Below, piece by piece: positions 30,932 through 40,319 of a DNA stretch of 64,000 nt. Both the position numbers and the translations under genes were made by a program. Numbering within the stretch: the first letter of the stretch is position 1; each line of letters starts with the position of its first letter. The DNA is from an uncultured Planctomycetales bacterium (lineage in GTDB: Bacteria > Omnitrophota > Gorgyraeia > Gygaellales > Profunditerraquicolaceae), in assembly GCA_964542785.1 (NCBI GenBank), contig CAZIUK010000001.1, positions 332,701 to 396,700 of the forward strand, read 5' to 3'. The notes under the pieces are model-generated. The model searched no databases, was not told where the DNA came from, and worked only from the letters and a program-made list of their open reading frames with translations.

Positions 30932-31741
30932 ATGATTAAAAAATTCATCCGAAAACTTATTGATGTGGAAATTAAATTAGGCTTTTTGCATATTCCGGCC
31001 AAGGGCATTGAACTGATGCCGGATAAGGATGGAAAGATTCCTGTTGTGGTAGATGGCAAAGAGCATGAGTTGACTTATAACGCAAAGCATAAGCGCGTCT
31101 TTGGTCTTGTTCGCTGGTATAAGGCACATAAAACAAAAGTCGGCGATGAAGTAGTTTTTGAAAAAGGCGGATCAAAATACACTCTTTCTTTTAAAACAAA
31201 AGTTAAGGAATCACCGCTTGAAGAGGCTGAGACGCTTTTGGATATATCTGGGCTGTCATCTCAAGCCAAGGGCGATATTGTCGAGGAGCGGATCAAGGAG
31301 TTGATCGTTCTTCAGGGGCAGGGGCTGTTAAGTGTTTATCGGCCGGTTACGGATACTCAGGGCGTTGATCTGGTTGTCACAAAGGCTGGGATGTATCAGC
31401 CGATATTTTTGCAGATCAAGGGACGGTTTAATGTGGAGAAGCGCGGGTATTTCTTGATGGATATCAACAAGAAGACCTTTACTCCGCATCATTCATATTT
31501 TGTGGTTGGGGCGTATTTTAATGCGCAGAAGATGGAAATTGATGAAAACGTTTTGCTGGTGCCGAGCCTTGAGGTAGAGAAGGGAACGGTTGTTAAAAGC
31601 AAGCGTGGCGAGAGCTTGAGGATTCAAAATCACTTATCACCAGATTCGCAAGGGCGATGGGCTCCGTTTTTGATTAAGAAAATAGATTTGGCAAATAAGT
31701 TGCTTGAGAAGTTTGAGGAAATGGCGAGGTATATTAAGTAA
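30932..31741 (+). CDS. Hypothetical protein with a PD-(D/E)xK-like motif (GVDLVV...LQIKG); possible nuclease
   Basis: 269 aa. It lies 12 nt downstream of the HerA-like gene. The motif is only weakly supported. Confidence 0.35.
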   Translation: MIKKFIRKLIDVEIKLGFLHIPAKGIELMPDKDGKIPVVVDGKEHELTYNAKHKRVFGLVRWYKAHKTKVGDEVVFEKGGSKYTLSFKTKVKESPLEEAETLLDISGLSSQAKGDIVEERIKELIVLQGQGLLSVYRPVTDTQGVDLVVTKAGMYQPIFLQIKGRFNVEKRGYFLMDINKKTFTPHHSYFVVGAYFNAQKMEIDENVLLVPSLEVEKGTVVKSKRGESLRIQNHLSPDSQGRWAPFLIKKIDLANKLLEKFEEMARYIK

Positions 31742-31752
31742 AGGATTTAAGT

Positions 31753-32850
31753 ATGCGGACTTTTTTTGTTTCACTAATTATGGTCGTAATGATGGCAACG
31801 GGTGCAGTTGCCTCGCAGGATGTCCGGTATGCCGGATTTGCTTTTGTCGGCAATTTTGAGGATATTCCCAACCGCTTTCATTATGCGCATGCTTTGAATA
31901 GCCAAAAAGACGGTGACGGTCGATCGGTCTTTGATAAAGAGGTGCAGAAGTTTTTTCAGGAGAATGGGAGCAAGATGTCCGGAATTAATCTCTTAATGGG
32001 CGAGCAGTCGGATACTAAGATTGCGGTGGCTTTGGGATTAACACGGGAAAACATCAGCGTGGTCAAGATTGATGATGTATTTAAGGTTGTGGTTAATTTG
32101 TCCTGTAATTTGACATTCCTGAATTTTGACGGGATGAATGTTTTGGCGACTTATCCGATTTATCTGGAATTCATTGATGTTCGAAGGGAAGAGCCTTCGG
32201 AGGAATATAAGATGGATTTAGTGAAGCGTTTATTTTTCGCTGATGATTTCAGCGTCTTAAAGATTTTAAAGGATAGGATCGGGGATGTTCGGCTGAGTAG
32301 CGGGTCTGTTTTAACTATGAAGATTCAGAATGTGATCATCGAGGATGAAGCCAAGGATATTTTGAAAGAATATACGAATGACTTCGGTGCGTTTGAAAGC
32401 ACATTGGCTCAGCGGTTTTCTGATACATTATCCAGTCAATTAGGTGTATCATTGTTGCCCTATGCTAAAGATTATCTTGGCGGACGGATGTCGCTTGTAT
32501 TTTCGGATGCTAGAACGCAGGACTTTCAGATTCCGGATTCCAGCTACGGTATTGATTTGATTTTAAGAAAAATGACGAAAGGGCTGTATAAGGAAGGCAT
32601 TGGGGATGATGCGTATCTTTACGGCATTTATACGACAGTCAAGGTTTACGCTCCGGCCTTGGAGAGGACGTATTGGGATCAAAAGGTTAAATATGGAGCG
32701 ATTAAAAATATACCCAAGCTTCAGGTGACGACAGATGACTATGCTGTTTATGATGAGATCACCGGGGCTGTGATGGGGGAAATTATTAATGAAATTCAGA
32801 AGGATAAACAATTCTACAAGGAGGTCGTAAAGCGATGCTTAAACAAATGA
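31753..32850 (+). CDS. Secreted protein (signal peptide), CsgG-like/periplasmic
   Basis: The N-terminal signal peptide is MRTFFVSLIMVVMMATGAVAS. Confidence 0.4.
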   Translation: MRTFFVSLIMVVMMATGAVASQDVRYAGFAFVGNFEDIPNRFHYAHALNSQKDGDGRSVFDKEVQKFFQENGSKMSGINLLMGEQSDTKIAVALGLTRENISVVKIDDVFKVVVNLSCNLTFLNFDGMNVLATYPIYLEFIDVRREEPSEEYKMDLVKRLFFADDFSVLKILKDRIGDVRLSSGSVLTMKIQNVIIEDEAKDILKEYTNDFGAFESTLAQRFSDTLSSQLGVSLLPYAKDYLGGRMSLVFSDARTQDFQIPDSSYGIDLILRKMTKGLYKEGIGDDAYLYGIYTTVKVYAPALERTYWDQKVKYGAIKNIPKLQVTTDDYAVYDEITGAVMGEIINEIQKDKQFYKEVVKRCLNK

Positions 32851-33887
32851 CAATTTTTTTAATGGTGGGGCTCTTTTTAATGAGTGCTCCAATGGCCCAT
32901 GCCGAGTACAAAAAAGTACAGGTTATTGGGAAAGTCGAAACAAAGAGGAAGAATCCGAAAGTTGATGAACAAAGGATGGCGATCCAAGACGCGAAGAAAA
33001 AGGCTCTGGATAAATATATTTCCGGGCTTGATTCTCAACGCGTACGCATTCTGAACAATGTGATTGATGAGATGCGTCAAAATATCGATATCTATGTTCC
33101 GGAGACTGTTTCTTTAGATGATGGCAATTGGAATGAGGGCGTCTGGTATATTGGCGTAGAAGCGCAAGTTAATGAAGCACAAATTGAGGAGATCGTTAAT
33201 AAATACGCGCAAGACGCTATTCAGGAGCAGGGCGAGTCTTATTTGTCGTTTGTTTTTGTCGCGCGAGAAGCGGATACAGTCAGAAAGTTTGATGGTAAGA
33301 AGACGGAGAGGACTGTTGAGTCTGAAACTATTAATGCTTCTGAGTCAGAAGACGGTTATTCGGGACAGAATGAAAAAGTAACAGAAAAGATAACAGGCGG
33401 ATCCGTTGAGAAGAAATCGGATCGGATCTCATATCGCAGTTATATTCCTGAGGGTATTGGAAGCAAGGTTACCGAGGTCTTTAATAAGGCGGAGTTTGAT
33501 GTGGTCGAGCCGTTTGAAGCTGATATCAACACAGATAGTTTTGTGAATGATTTTGTTGAAAACGATGAGATATCGAATGAAACCAAGAAGTCAGCAGTAG
33601 AAGCCGCTAAATCAGCCGGATTGAATTATCTTGCTGTGGCGACTCTTGATGTCGGAGAACAGGATGTTGATCAAGCGACTGGACTTCAGAAGGTTTATGT
33701 TCGGGTGAATGGGTATGTTTGGGATTTAAACGGCAAGTTTACTAAGAAGATATGTAGTGTCGGGCCGGTTCAATATAGTGGAACAGGCGAGAATGCTGTT
33801 GTAGCGAAAACAAACGCGTTAATAAATGCGGCCTCAACAGCGGCTAAAGACTTAGTGGATCAAATGAGATTTAAACAATCAAAATAG
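32835..33887 (+). CDS. Secreted protein, CsgG-like segment
   Basis: It has a signal peptide and the motif NYLAVATLDVGEQD, which resembles the CsgG-family 'ADYLLxG' region. Confidence 0.4.
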   Translation: MLKQMTIFLMVGLFLMSAPMAHAEYKKVQVIGKVETKRKNPKVDEQRMAIQDAKKKALDKYISGLDSQRVRILNNVIDEMRQNIDIYVPETVSLDDGNWNEGVWYIGVEAQVNEAQIEEIVNKYAQDAIQEQGESYLSFVFVAREADTVRKFDGKKTERTVESETINASESEDGYSGQNEKVTEKITGGSVEKKSDRISYRSYIPEGIGSKVTEVFNKAEFDVVEPFEADINTDSFVNDFVENDEISNETKKSAVEAAKSAGLNYLAVATLDVGEQDVDQATGLQKVYVRVNGYVWDLNGKFTKKICSVGPVQYSGTGENAVVAKTNALINAASTAAKDLVDQMRFKQSK

Positions 33888-33914
33888 TTCTTTAAAAATG
33901 AAAGGGAAGGAAAA

Positions 33915-34601
33915 ATGAAAAACAAAATCTTATTAGCTGTGAGTTTGGTGGCTTTGATGTCAGTAGGGGTTAACCCTGCTTTTGCTCAATTCGGAAAGCT
34001 GAAGGGTATGTTGCCGGGAGGGGGAGCTTCCGCGGGGGCTTCTTCATCGGCTGATTTAAGTTCATCCAAAGATAACGCGGTCAATGTTTATTTGGCATCA
34101 ACGCAAGAATTGAGCATGAGTCTTAAAAAAGCGGGTGAAGCTTTTGGTGTTAAAGAAGAAGTTTTGAAAAAGCTGGCTGTTGTTGATTCGCTGAAAGAAG
34201 GAAACATTACGGATAAAGACTTGGAAAAAGCTAGACAGTCGTCAGAAGAGGCGCAGGCGATTATTAAAGAGAAAATGATGGAAACAACAGCACCGAGTGT
34301 TGAATCAAAAGCATTGATGGCAGAGAGCATTCTTCATTTGGTTGAGGGGATTAATAAGGAAAAAGACTTAATCGGCGAGGTTCAGTCTTTGTCTTCTCAA
34401 GCGCAGTCTGCTGTGAGTAGCGCGTCACCTATGGAAATGATGAAATTAAAAGGCATTGCCGGAACAGCATTAACTTTGGTCAAAGCTGTGCCGATGGATA
34501 TCAAATTGTCAAAAGACATTTTGAGTGCGTATTTGGAATACGCAAAGGCCAATAATATTAAGGCGCCGAAGAACGCCTCTAACCTTTTAGAAGGGGAATA
34601 A
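33915..34601 (+). CDS. Secreted Ala/Ser/Glu-rich coiled-coil protein
   Basis: It has a signal peptide ending AFAQ and low sequence complexity. Confidence 0.4.
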   Translation: MKNKILLAVSLVALMSVGVNPAFAQFGKLKGMLPGGGASAGASSSADLSSSKDNAVNVYLASTQELSMSLKKAGEAFGVKEEVLKKLAVVDSLKEGNITDKDLEKARQSSEEAQAIIKEKMMETTAPSVESKALMAESILHLVEGINKEKDLIGEVQSLSSQAQSAVSSASPMEMMKLKGIAGTALTLVKAVPMDIKLSKDILSAYLEYAKANNIKAPKNASNLLEGE

Positions 34602-34602
34602 T

Positions 34603-35658
34603 ATGATATTCAAAAAAACACTTACGGGCTTCGCGCTTGTGTGTTTGCTTGTGCTCTCGGGGGCTGGTGCTGTATGGTCGCAGGCTCCCGTTGACTCAGG
34701 AGATCAGGCAAACCTGACGGTTGCCATTTTCTCAAGGAATAAGACAACTCATTCTGAATATGAGAAGTATATCGATATGCTTCGAAGCGGGTTAACAGCA
34801 AAATTGTCTGATAAATTCGTGGTGATTGATAAGGATGACGTTGTTAATACTTTTGAGGAGGAGAAAGTTAAAGAAACAACAAAAGCCGAGGATCTGTGGA
34901 GTTATTTGCAGATGCTTTCCGAGGTTGATCAGAACGCGAAGGCGGCTGATAGAGAAGCAAACGTTGATAAGCGATCCATCGAGGAAAAGTCATCCGCTTT
35001 GCGTATCGCTCAATCAGTGGGGGCGAAGTATTTCTTGATCGCCGATGTCGAGGATATTGTCAGCAATAATATTCAGGACGCTGCATATGGTCAGCAGGTC
35101 AATGATCTGCGGATTACGGCGGATGTTGCAGTCAAGATTCTTGATGGCGTTAAAGGCGGGACGATATTGGCAGAAAATGTTCGGGTTGAGAAAAGACTTC
35201 ATGGGGATGAGAACACCGTATTTACTACGGCAGATATCACACAGGCTTTGCCAGCATTGATGAAGCAGGCATCATCCGATGTGGCTGAGAAGTTTTTGTC
35301 CAACATCGACAAGGTTCGTTCATTTAAGAGTGACGCCGTTGAGGTCAAGTTTAAAATTAAAACCAACGTCAAGGATGCGGTTGTTGAGCTTGATGGCGTT
35401 GGAATTGGGTCAGCCCCGGGTAATTTCCAGGCACTTAGCGGTGTTCACCGCCTGCGGGTTACAAAGGACGGATATCGGGCGTTTGAGCGTGATGTCAATA
35501 TCACCGCGAACGCTGAATTCTCTGTCTCTCTGGAAGAAACGAGCGAGGCTCGGGATTCTCAATTAAAGAAAGAAAAGGCAGACGCTGATAATTATTCCAC
35601 CAAAAAGAAGGCGGATGCTGAATATAAACACGGACCCAGTAAGTCCGTTGATTGGTAA
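34603..35658 (+). CDS. Secreted protein with a C-terminal PEGA domain
   Basis: It has a signal peptide and the PEGA-like motif VELDGVGIGSAPGNFQALSGVHRLRVTKDGYRAFERDV. Confidence 0.5.
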   Translation: MIFKKTLTGFALVCLLVLSGAGAVWSQAPVDSGDQANLTVAIFSRNKTTHSEYEKYIDMLRSGLTAKLSDKFVVIDKDDVVNTFEEEKVKETTKAEDLWSYLQMLSEVDQNAKAADREANVDKRSIEEKSSALRIAQSVGAKYFLIADVEDIVSNNIQDAAYGQQVNDLRITADVAVKILDGVKGGTILAENVRVEKRLHGDENTVFTTADITQALPALMKQASSDVAEKFLSNIDKVRSFKSDAVEVKFKIKTNVKDAVVELDGVGIGSAPGNFQALSGVHRLRVTKDGYRAFERDVNITANAEFSVSLEETSEARDSQLKKEKADADNYSTKKKADAEYKHGPSKSVDW

Positions 35659-36565
35659 GGGAGGGAATATGTTTAAACATTTAATCATTTTATTTTCGCT
35701 CGTAGCTGTCCTTTCCAGTCCGGCTTACGCGGAAAAGATGAAGATTGGCTTTGTTGAAGAGGTCGACGCGACTGTTGAGGTTCCTGATGTGGTTAGACAG
35801 AATCTTAAAGAAGCGGTTAGAAAGAATTTTGTCGAGTCAGGGAAATTTGACGTGGTCGATCGCACTCAAAAAGATGTGGATCGTTTATTTGAGGAGATGA
35901 AATTTTCGGATGAACGTATCGGTCGAGTTGATGTGAATGACGATAAGAAAGCCGAATACGGAAAGATGTCCGGTATGGAGTATATGGTGCTGGTGAACAT
36001 CAATGACTTTTTCTCAGGGGGGGAGCCATCAAAGTTTCAGCAGACCGATCCGGGCAATAAGCCTGTTGTTCGCGTGGGAGCGAATGTCAGATTGTTGAAT
36101 ACATCAACAGGGAAAATTCATCTGGAAAAGAGTTTGTCCGCTAAACGAATTTCGAGGAAGGCTGTTTCCGGAGGCGACTTGACCAAGAAAGCTGTTGAAA
36201 TGCTGGCGGAAAAAGTTTCATTAGCTGTGATGGATGAAATTTATCCGATCATGATCATCCAAAAGACAGGCAATAGCGCGTTCATTAATCGAGGCAAAGA
36301 CAGCGCGATTACTGCGGGTCAGGAAATGAATGTTTTTGTGGCTGATCAGGTGCTTGATGAGGGAACGGGCGAGATGCTTGATCTGATGAAGGAAGTAGGG
36401 AAGGTTAAGGTCAAGAACGTATCCGAAAAAACAGCTGAGGTTGAAATCGTAGAGGACTTCGGCGTTGATAAGGGATGCATCCTTAAGCCGGTTGATCAAG
36501 AAGCTGTCATGGCTGAAGACATAGCCGAGACGATTGAGCAGAAAAAGAACGCAGAGGATTGGTGA
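35615..36565 (+). CDS. CsgG-family (curli-transport-like) secreted or lipoprotein
   Basis: It has a signal peptide. The region FVESGKFDVVDRTQKDVDRLFEE...AEYGKMSGMEYMVLVNINDF matches the CsgG family core. Confidence 0.5.
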   Translation: MLNINTDPVSPLIGKGGNMFKHLIILFSLVAVLSSPAYAEKMKIGFVEEVDATVEVPDVVRQNLKEAVRKNFVESGKFDVVDRTQKDVDRLFEEMKFSDERIGRVDVNDDKKAEYGKMSGMEYMVLVNINDFFSGGEPSKFQQTDPGNKPVVRVGANVRLLNTSTGKIHLEKSLSAKRISRKAVSGGDLTKKAVEMLAEKVSLAVMDEIYPIMIIQKTGNSAFINRGKDSAITAGQEMNVFVADQVLDEGTGEMLDLMKEVGKVKVKNVSEKTAEVEIVEDFGVDKGCILKPVDQEAVMAEDIAETIEQKKNAEDW

Positions 36566-36590
36566 TATGGAAAAGCGAGAAAATTAAGAT

Positions 36591-37496
36591 ATGGAACTCG
36601 TAGCTCATTCGGATTTTTTAATCCACTGGACGGGAGAGGATATTGATAGAAATTATGATCCGAATTGGTGGAATAGTAAGGTAAATCGACCAAATAAAGA
36701 AATAGTTGCGCCTTATATTGAACGTCTTAAGTTTCTTTTAAGGTTTGGTTTATGGATGAAAGATGGCAAAGGTTTTATAGAATTTCAAGGAAAGACTATT
36801 AAGAGGCCTCAATTTGCTCGAACTTGTTTTACTGAGTTGAAGCTCTCCCAAGCCCGAGAGCATGCTATAAAGTTTGGAAGGCTGGGAATCGGTTTTAAAA
36901 GAATGTTTGTTTGCGATCGGATGGGGTTGCCTATGGTTTACTTTCGTCCGGAAAAGCATAACTGGTTTATTTCGCCTTACCTCAAAAATAATATCGATCA
37001 AAAAGATGGTAAAAGTATTCCATTGGTTAATGAATACTGGGCTTGTTTTTTGAAATCAATGGATGAGAAGCATACACCAGGAGAATTATTGCAGTATAAA
37101 CAATTCAACGAATCTGAGTGGAGAATTATTTATTCAGAAGAAATTAAACAAAAGTTGATAGATTTGAAGTTAGCAAGAATTTGTGATTATTTTAAGCGCC
37201 CCGAAGAGATTAATGATGCTGAATTCCAGAAATATCTTTCGAGAATGGATCCTGAAAGGAAATTGAGGTATTTGGTGCCTTTAGATGGGGGTTCTGAGGT
37301 TTGGTTTGCGATGATTATTTATCCAAATTTGCCAACAAAAGTATATGCTGAAAAAGATCCAGAAATAAGGGGTGAAATTGATAGGCTTAAGCCAGTAGTT
37401 GATGAAAAGGATTGGAAAAGATTAAACGGCAGTGCATCATATGAGAAGTTTAATAGAGTTATTGAAATGGATTTAGATGCTTGCCGCAATTTTTAG
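36591..37496 (+). CDS. Hypothetical AT-rich cargo protein, possibly defence/abortive-infection-related
   Basis: 301 aa. Its G+C is clearly lower than that of the upstream genes, and it lies at the element edge. Confidence 0.3.
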   Translation: MELVAHSDFLIHWTGEDIDRNYDPNWWNSKVNRPNKEIVAPYIERLKFLLRFGLWMKDGKGFIEFQGKTIKRPQFARTCFTELKLSQAREHAIKFGRLGIGFKRMFVCDRMGLPMVYFRPEKHNWFISPYLKNNIDQKDGKSIPLVNEYWACFLKSMDEKHTPGELLQYKQFNESEWRIIYSEEIKQKLIDLKLARICDYFKRPEEINDAEFQKYLSRMDPERKLRYLVPLDGGSEVWFAMIIYPNLPTKVYAEKDPEIRGEIDRLKPVVDEKDWKRLNGSASYEKFNRVIEMDLDACRNF

Positions 37497-37886
37497 ATTT
37501 TCTGTGGAATCGGCATTTAGTTGGGCTTGTTCAAATTCTTTGAGTTTTTCGGTTATACGATTCGGGCATGGATTTGAGGCAATTTGGTAGAGCGGTTTGA
37601 CGGACATGCGGTGGAGGATTTGAGGATCGTCGCATTCTTTGTATTTCTCGATGAACTCTTTGGGGAGGTTATCGAGAATTGTCATGAGTTTGGCGATGCG
37701 TTTGCGGTGGACGTTGATTTTTAAAGAAGCGGACAGGCAGTTTTCATTCGGATGGTCGGTCATATAAGATTTGACCATCATAGCTTGTTTGAGTATATTA
37801 ACTGGAGGCGTTTTGGGCGGTGGTTCAGGGAATGGCTGGTCAAGTTTGACCTCAAGTTGCACTGTTCGCCTGCGATGAAATTTCAT
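37473..37886 (-). CDS. Hypothetical protein (the only minus-strand ORF not nested in another gene)
   Basis: 137 aa. No clear RBS is present. It overlaps the upstream gene by 24 nt and may be spurious. Confidence 0.3.
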   Translation of the reverse strand: MKFHRRRTVQLEVKLDQPFPEPPPKTPPVNILKQAMMVKSYMTDHPNENCLSASLKINVHRKRIAKLMTILDNLPKEFIEKYKECDDPQILHRMSVKPLYQIASNPCPNRITEKLKEFEQAQLNADSTENLKIAASI

Positions 37887-37996
37887 AAGTAGTTTAATTA
37901 CAGGCGGTTGTGAGACTCGACTAAGGTCTCGTCTCAGACCCTTAATTTTTACTCTATACCTATAATAATACGTATATTTAGTTTAAGTATAAAATT

Positions 37997-38797
37997 ATGA
38001 ATGAAATAGCGATTAAAATTAAGAATTTATCAAAACATTTTGGTAAAGTCATTGCAGTAGACAATATTTCTTTTGAAGTAGGTAGTGCCGAGGTTTTTGG
38101 CTTTTTAGGCCCTAATGGCGCAGGAAAAACTACTACTATCAATATTCTTTGCACCCTCTTAAAACCTACGGCCGGAGAGGTAATAGTGAATGGATTTAAT
38201 GTGGTAAGTTCTCCTAATGAAGTAAGAAGATCCTTTGGTATTATTTTTCAGGATCCTAGCCTTGATGAGCGGCTCACTGCTTATGAAAACCTTAATTTTC
38301 ATGGAATGATCTATCATTTGCCGTCAAAGGCAAGGAAGGCGCGTATTAAAGAAGTGTTGGATATGGTGGGTTTATATTCAAGAAAGGATACTATTGTACG
38401 CACATTCTCAGGTGGCATGAAGAGAAGATTAGAGATTGCCCGCGGCCTTATGCATAATCCTAGAATCCTATTTTTGGACGAGCCGACTGTAGGGTTAGAC
38501 CCTCAGACAAGAAATTACATCTGGGATTATATAATTGAGCTTTCGCAAAAGGAGGGAATTACAGTATTTCTTTCTACACATTATATGGACGAAGCAGAAA
38601 TATGCCAACGCGTAGGAATTATTGATCATGGTAAAATTATTGACTTGGATGCACCAGGGGTATTAAAAAATAAATATAAGGTATCTTCTCTTCACGATGT
38701 CTTTTTAGAAGCCACAGGCCATGATATACGCGAAGAGAAACCGGATGAGAAAGAAGAACTAGGGCTATTTTTACGTGCAAGGAGCAAATTAAGATAA
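37997..38797 (+). CDS. ABC transporter ATP-binding protein (ABC-2 exporter type)
   Basis: It has Walker A (GPNGAGKTTT), the ABC signature (SGGMKRRL) and Walker B (ILFLDEPT). Confidence 0.85.
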   Translation: MNEIAIKIKNLSKHFGKVIAVDNISFEVGSAEVFGFLGPNGAGKTTTINILCTLLKPTAGEVIVNGFNVVSSPNEVRRSFGIIFQDPSLDERLTAYENLNFHGMIYHLPSKARKARIKEVLDMVGLYSRKDTIVRTFSGGMKRRLEIARGLMHNPRILFLDEPTVGLDPQTRNYIWDYIIELSQKEGITVFLSTHYMDEAEICQRVGIIDHGKIIDLDAPGVLKNKYKVSSLHDVFLEATGHDIREEKPDEKEELGLFLRARSKLR

Positions 38798-38800
38798 CCT

Positions 38801-39544
38801 ATGGATTTTGTTGCCATTCGTATGATTTGGGTAAGGGACCTTATCCGTCATTACAGGGATAGGGTGAGGCTTTTAGGCTCTGTAACCCGGCCGATACTCT
38901 GGCTTTTGATTATGGGCACTGGTTTAAGGGCTGCATTTGACGTACACGGGATATCATATACGCACTTTATATTTCCCGGGATTATTGCGATGAACCTGAT
39001 ATTTGCGGCAATGATTTCAACTTTCAGTATTATCTGGGATAGGGAATTTGGTTTCTTACGAGAAATTCTTGTTGCTCCTATACCGCGTAGTTCAATTGTG
39101 CTTGGTAAGGCCTTAAGTGGTTCAACGGTTGCGTTTACTGAAGGACTCTTTGTTTTAGTATTTGCTCCGTTTATAAAAATACACATCCCCTTGCTTAACC
39201 TATTTATGCTTTTGCCGTTAATGTTTCTTATTGCCTTTGTTTGTACAAGCATGGGGATTGTGATTGCTGCACGGATGACTTCTTTTGAGGGTTTTGGCGT
39301 GATTTCTAATTTTGTAATTATGCCGATGTTTTTCTTAAGTGGGGCGATGTTTCCCGTAGATAACCTTCCTCATTGGGTAACTTTTATTATTAGGATTAAC
39401 CCTCTAACTTACGGAGTGGATCTTTTAAGATGGGATATCCTTGGGATAAAAGTATTCGCGCTTTATATGGATTTTCTATTTCTTGCGATTTTTGCTTTCA
39501 TAATGCTAGGAATAGGAGTTTTTGAATTTAGTAAGACAAATTAA
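38801..39544 (+). CDS. ABC-2 family transporter permease
   Basis: It is a six-TM hydrophobic protein following the ATPase gene. Confidence 0.75.
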   Translation: MDFVAIRMIWVRDLIRHYRDRVRLLGSVTRPILWLLIMGTGLRAAFDVHGISYTHFIFPGIIAMNLIFAAMISTFSIIWDREFGFLREILVAPIPRSSIVLGKALSGSTVAFTEGLFVLVFAPFIKIHIPLLNLFMLLPLMFLIAFVCTSMGIVIAARMTSFEGFGVISNFVIMPMFFLSGAMFPVDNLPHWVTFIIRINPLTYGVDLLRWDILGIKVFALYMDFLFLAIFAFIMLGIGVFEFSKTN

Positions 39545-39568
39545 GTGAGGAAATAATTTCTCTAAAAG

Positions 39569-40234
39569 ATGGTCAAGCTTTCGCGCAGTAAGTTAGAATT
39601 GTTTTTAGATTGCCCGCGTTGTTTTTGGTTAGAGGTAAATAAGAGGATTAAACGGCCGCCGCCGTATCCTTATACAATAAACTCTGCCGTAGATAGCCTA
39701 TTAAAAAAAGAGTTTGATTTACACCGTCAGGAAGGAACACCTCACTACCTTATTAAGAAGTATAATATTAATGCTATCCCTTATAAGTGCAAAGAGATTG
39801 ATGTTTGGCGGCATAACTTTACCGGAATACAGTTTTATCATCAGCGTACGGATTTTTTAGTCTTTGGCGCTATAGATGATATTTGGGTTAATCCGCAAAG
39901 TGAGTTGATAGTGGTTGATTATAAGGCTACGGGTGCAAATGAGTATAAGATTTATGATAGTTATAAGCGCCAGATGGAGGTTTATCAGTGGCTTTTTCTT
40001 CAAAACGGGTATAAAGTTGCTAAGTTTGGATACTTTCTCTTTGCCAAGGTAAATAAAAACGCTGGTTTCTTCGAAGGCAAGCTTTCTTTTGATTTATACT
40101 TAGAACCCCAAGAAGGCAATACTACCTGGGTGGAAGGAGAGCTTATAAATGCCAAAAAAACCCTTGATAGCCCTATCCCTGAATCTTCTGCAGAATGCCC
40201 TTACTGCCAGTTTGTCAAGAATAGTAAGATTTAG
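39569..40234 (+). CDS. PD-(D/E)xK nuclease, Cas4/RecB-like with four Cys (CPRC...CPYC)
   Basis: It has the catalytic motif GAIDDIW...IVVDYK, with N-terminal and C-terminal Cys pairs that flank the nuclease core. Confidence 0.6.
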   Translation: MVKLSRSKLELFLDCPRCFWLEVNKRIKRPPPYPYTINSAVDSLLKKEFDLHRQEGTPHYLIKKYNINAIPYKCKEIDVWRHNFTGIQFYHQRTDFLVFGAIDDIWVNPQSELIVVDYKATGANEYKIYDSYKRQMEVYQWLFLQNGYKVAKFGYFLFAKVNKNAGFFEGKLSFDLYLEPQEGNTTWVEGELINAKKTLDSPIPESSAECPYCQFVKNSKI

Positions 40235-40319
40235 AATTGTATCTTGACTTTAATTAAGAGTGGTTAGATAATAATAAAAATCATAGGAAAAGCATATAAA
40301 TTTTATTTTTTTTTAAGCG

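Noticed and set aside
36591-37496. Assignment of the AT-rich 301-aa protein to a named abortive-infection family
   Set aside because: I could not recall a convincing motif match, so it stays as a hypothetical cargo protein.
37887-37960. Possible tRNA or tRNA fragment at the element boundary (small hairpins gagac/gtctc and ggtct/agacc)
   Set aside because: No cloverleaf can be built: there is no T-loop (TTCRANY), no anticodon arm and no acceptor stem.
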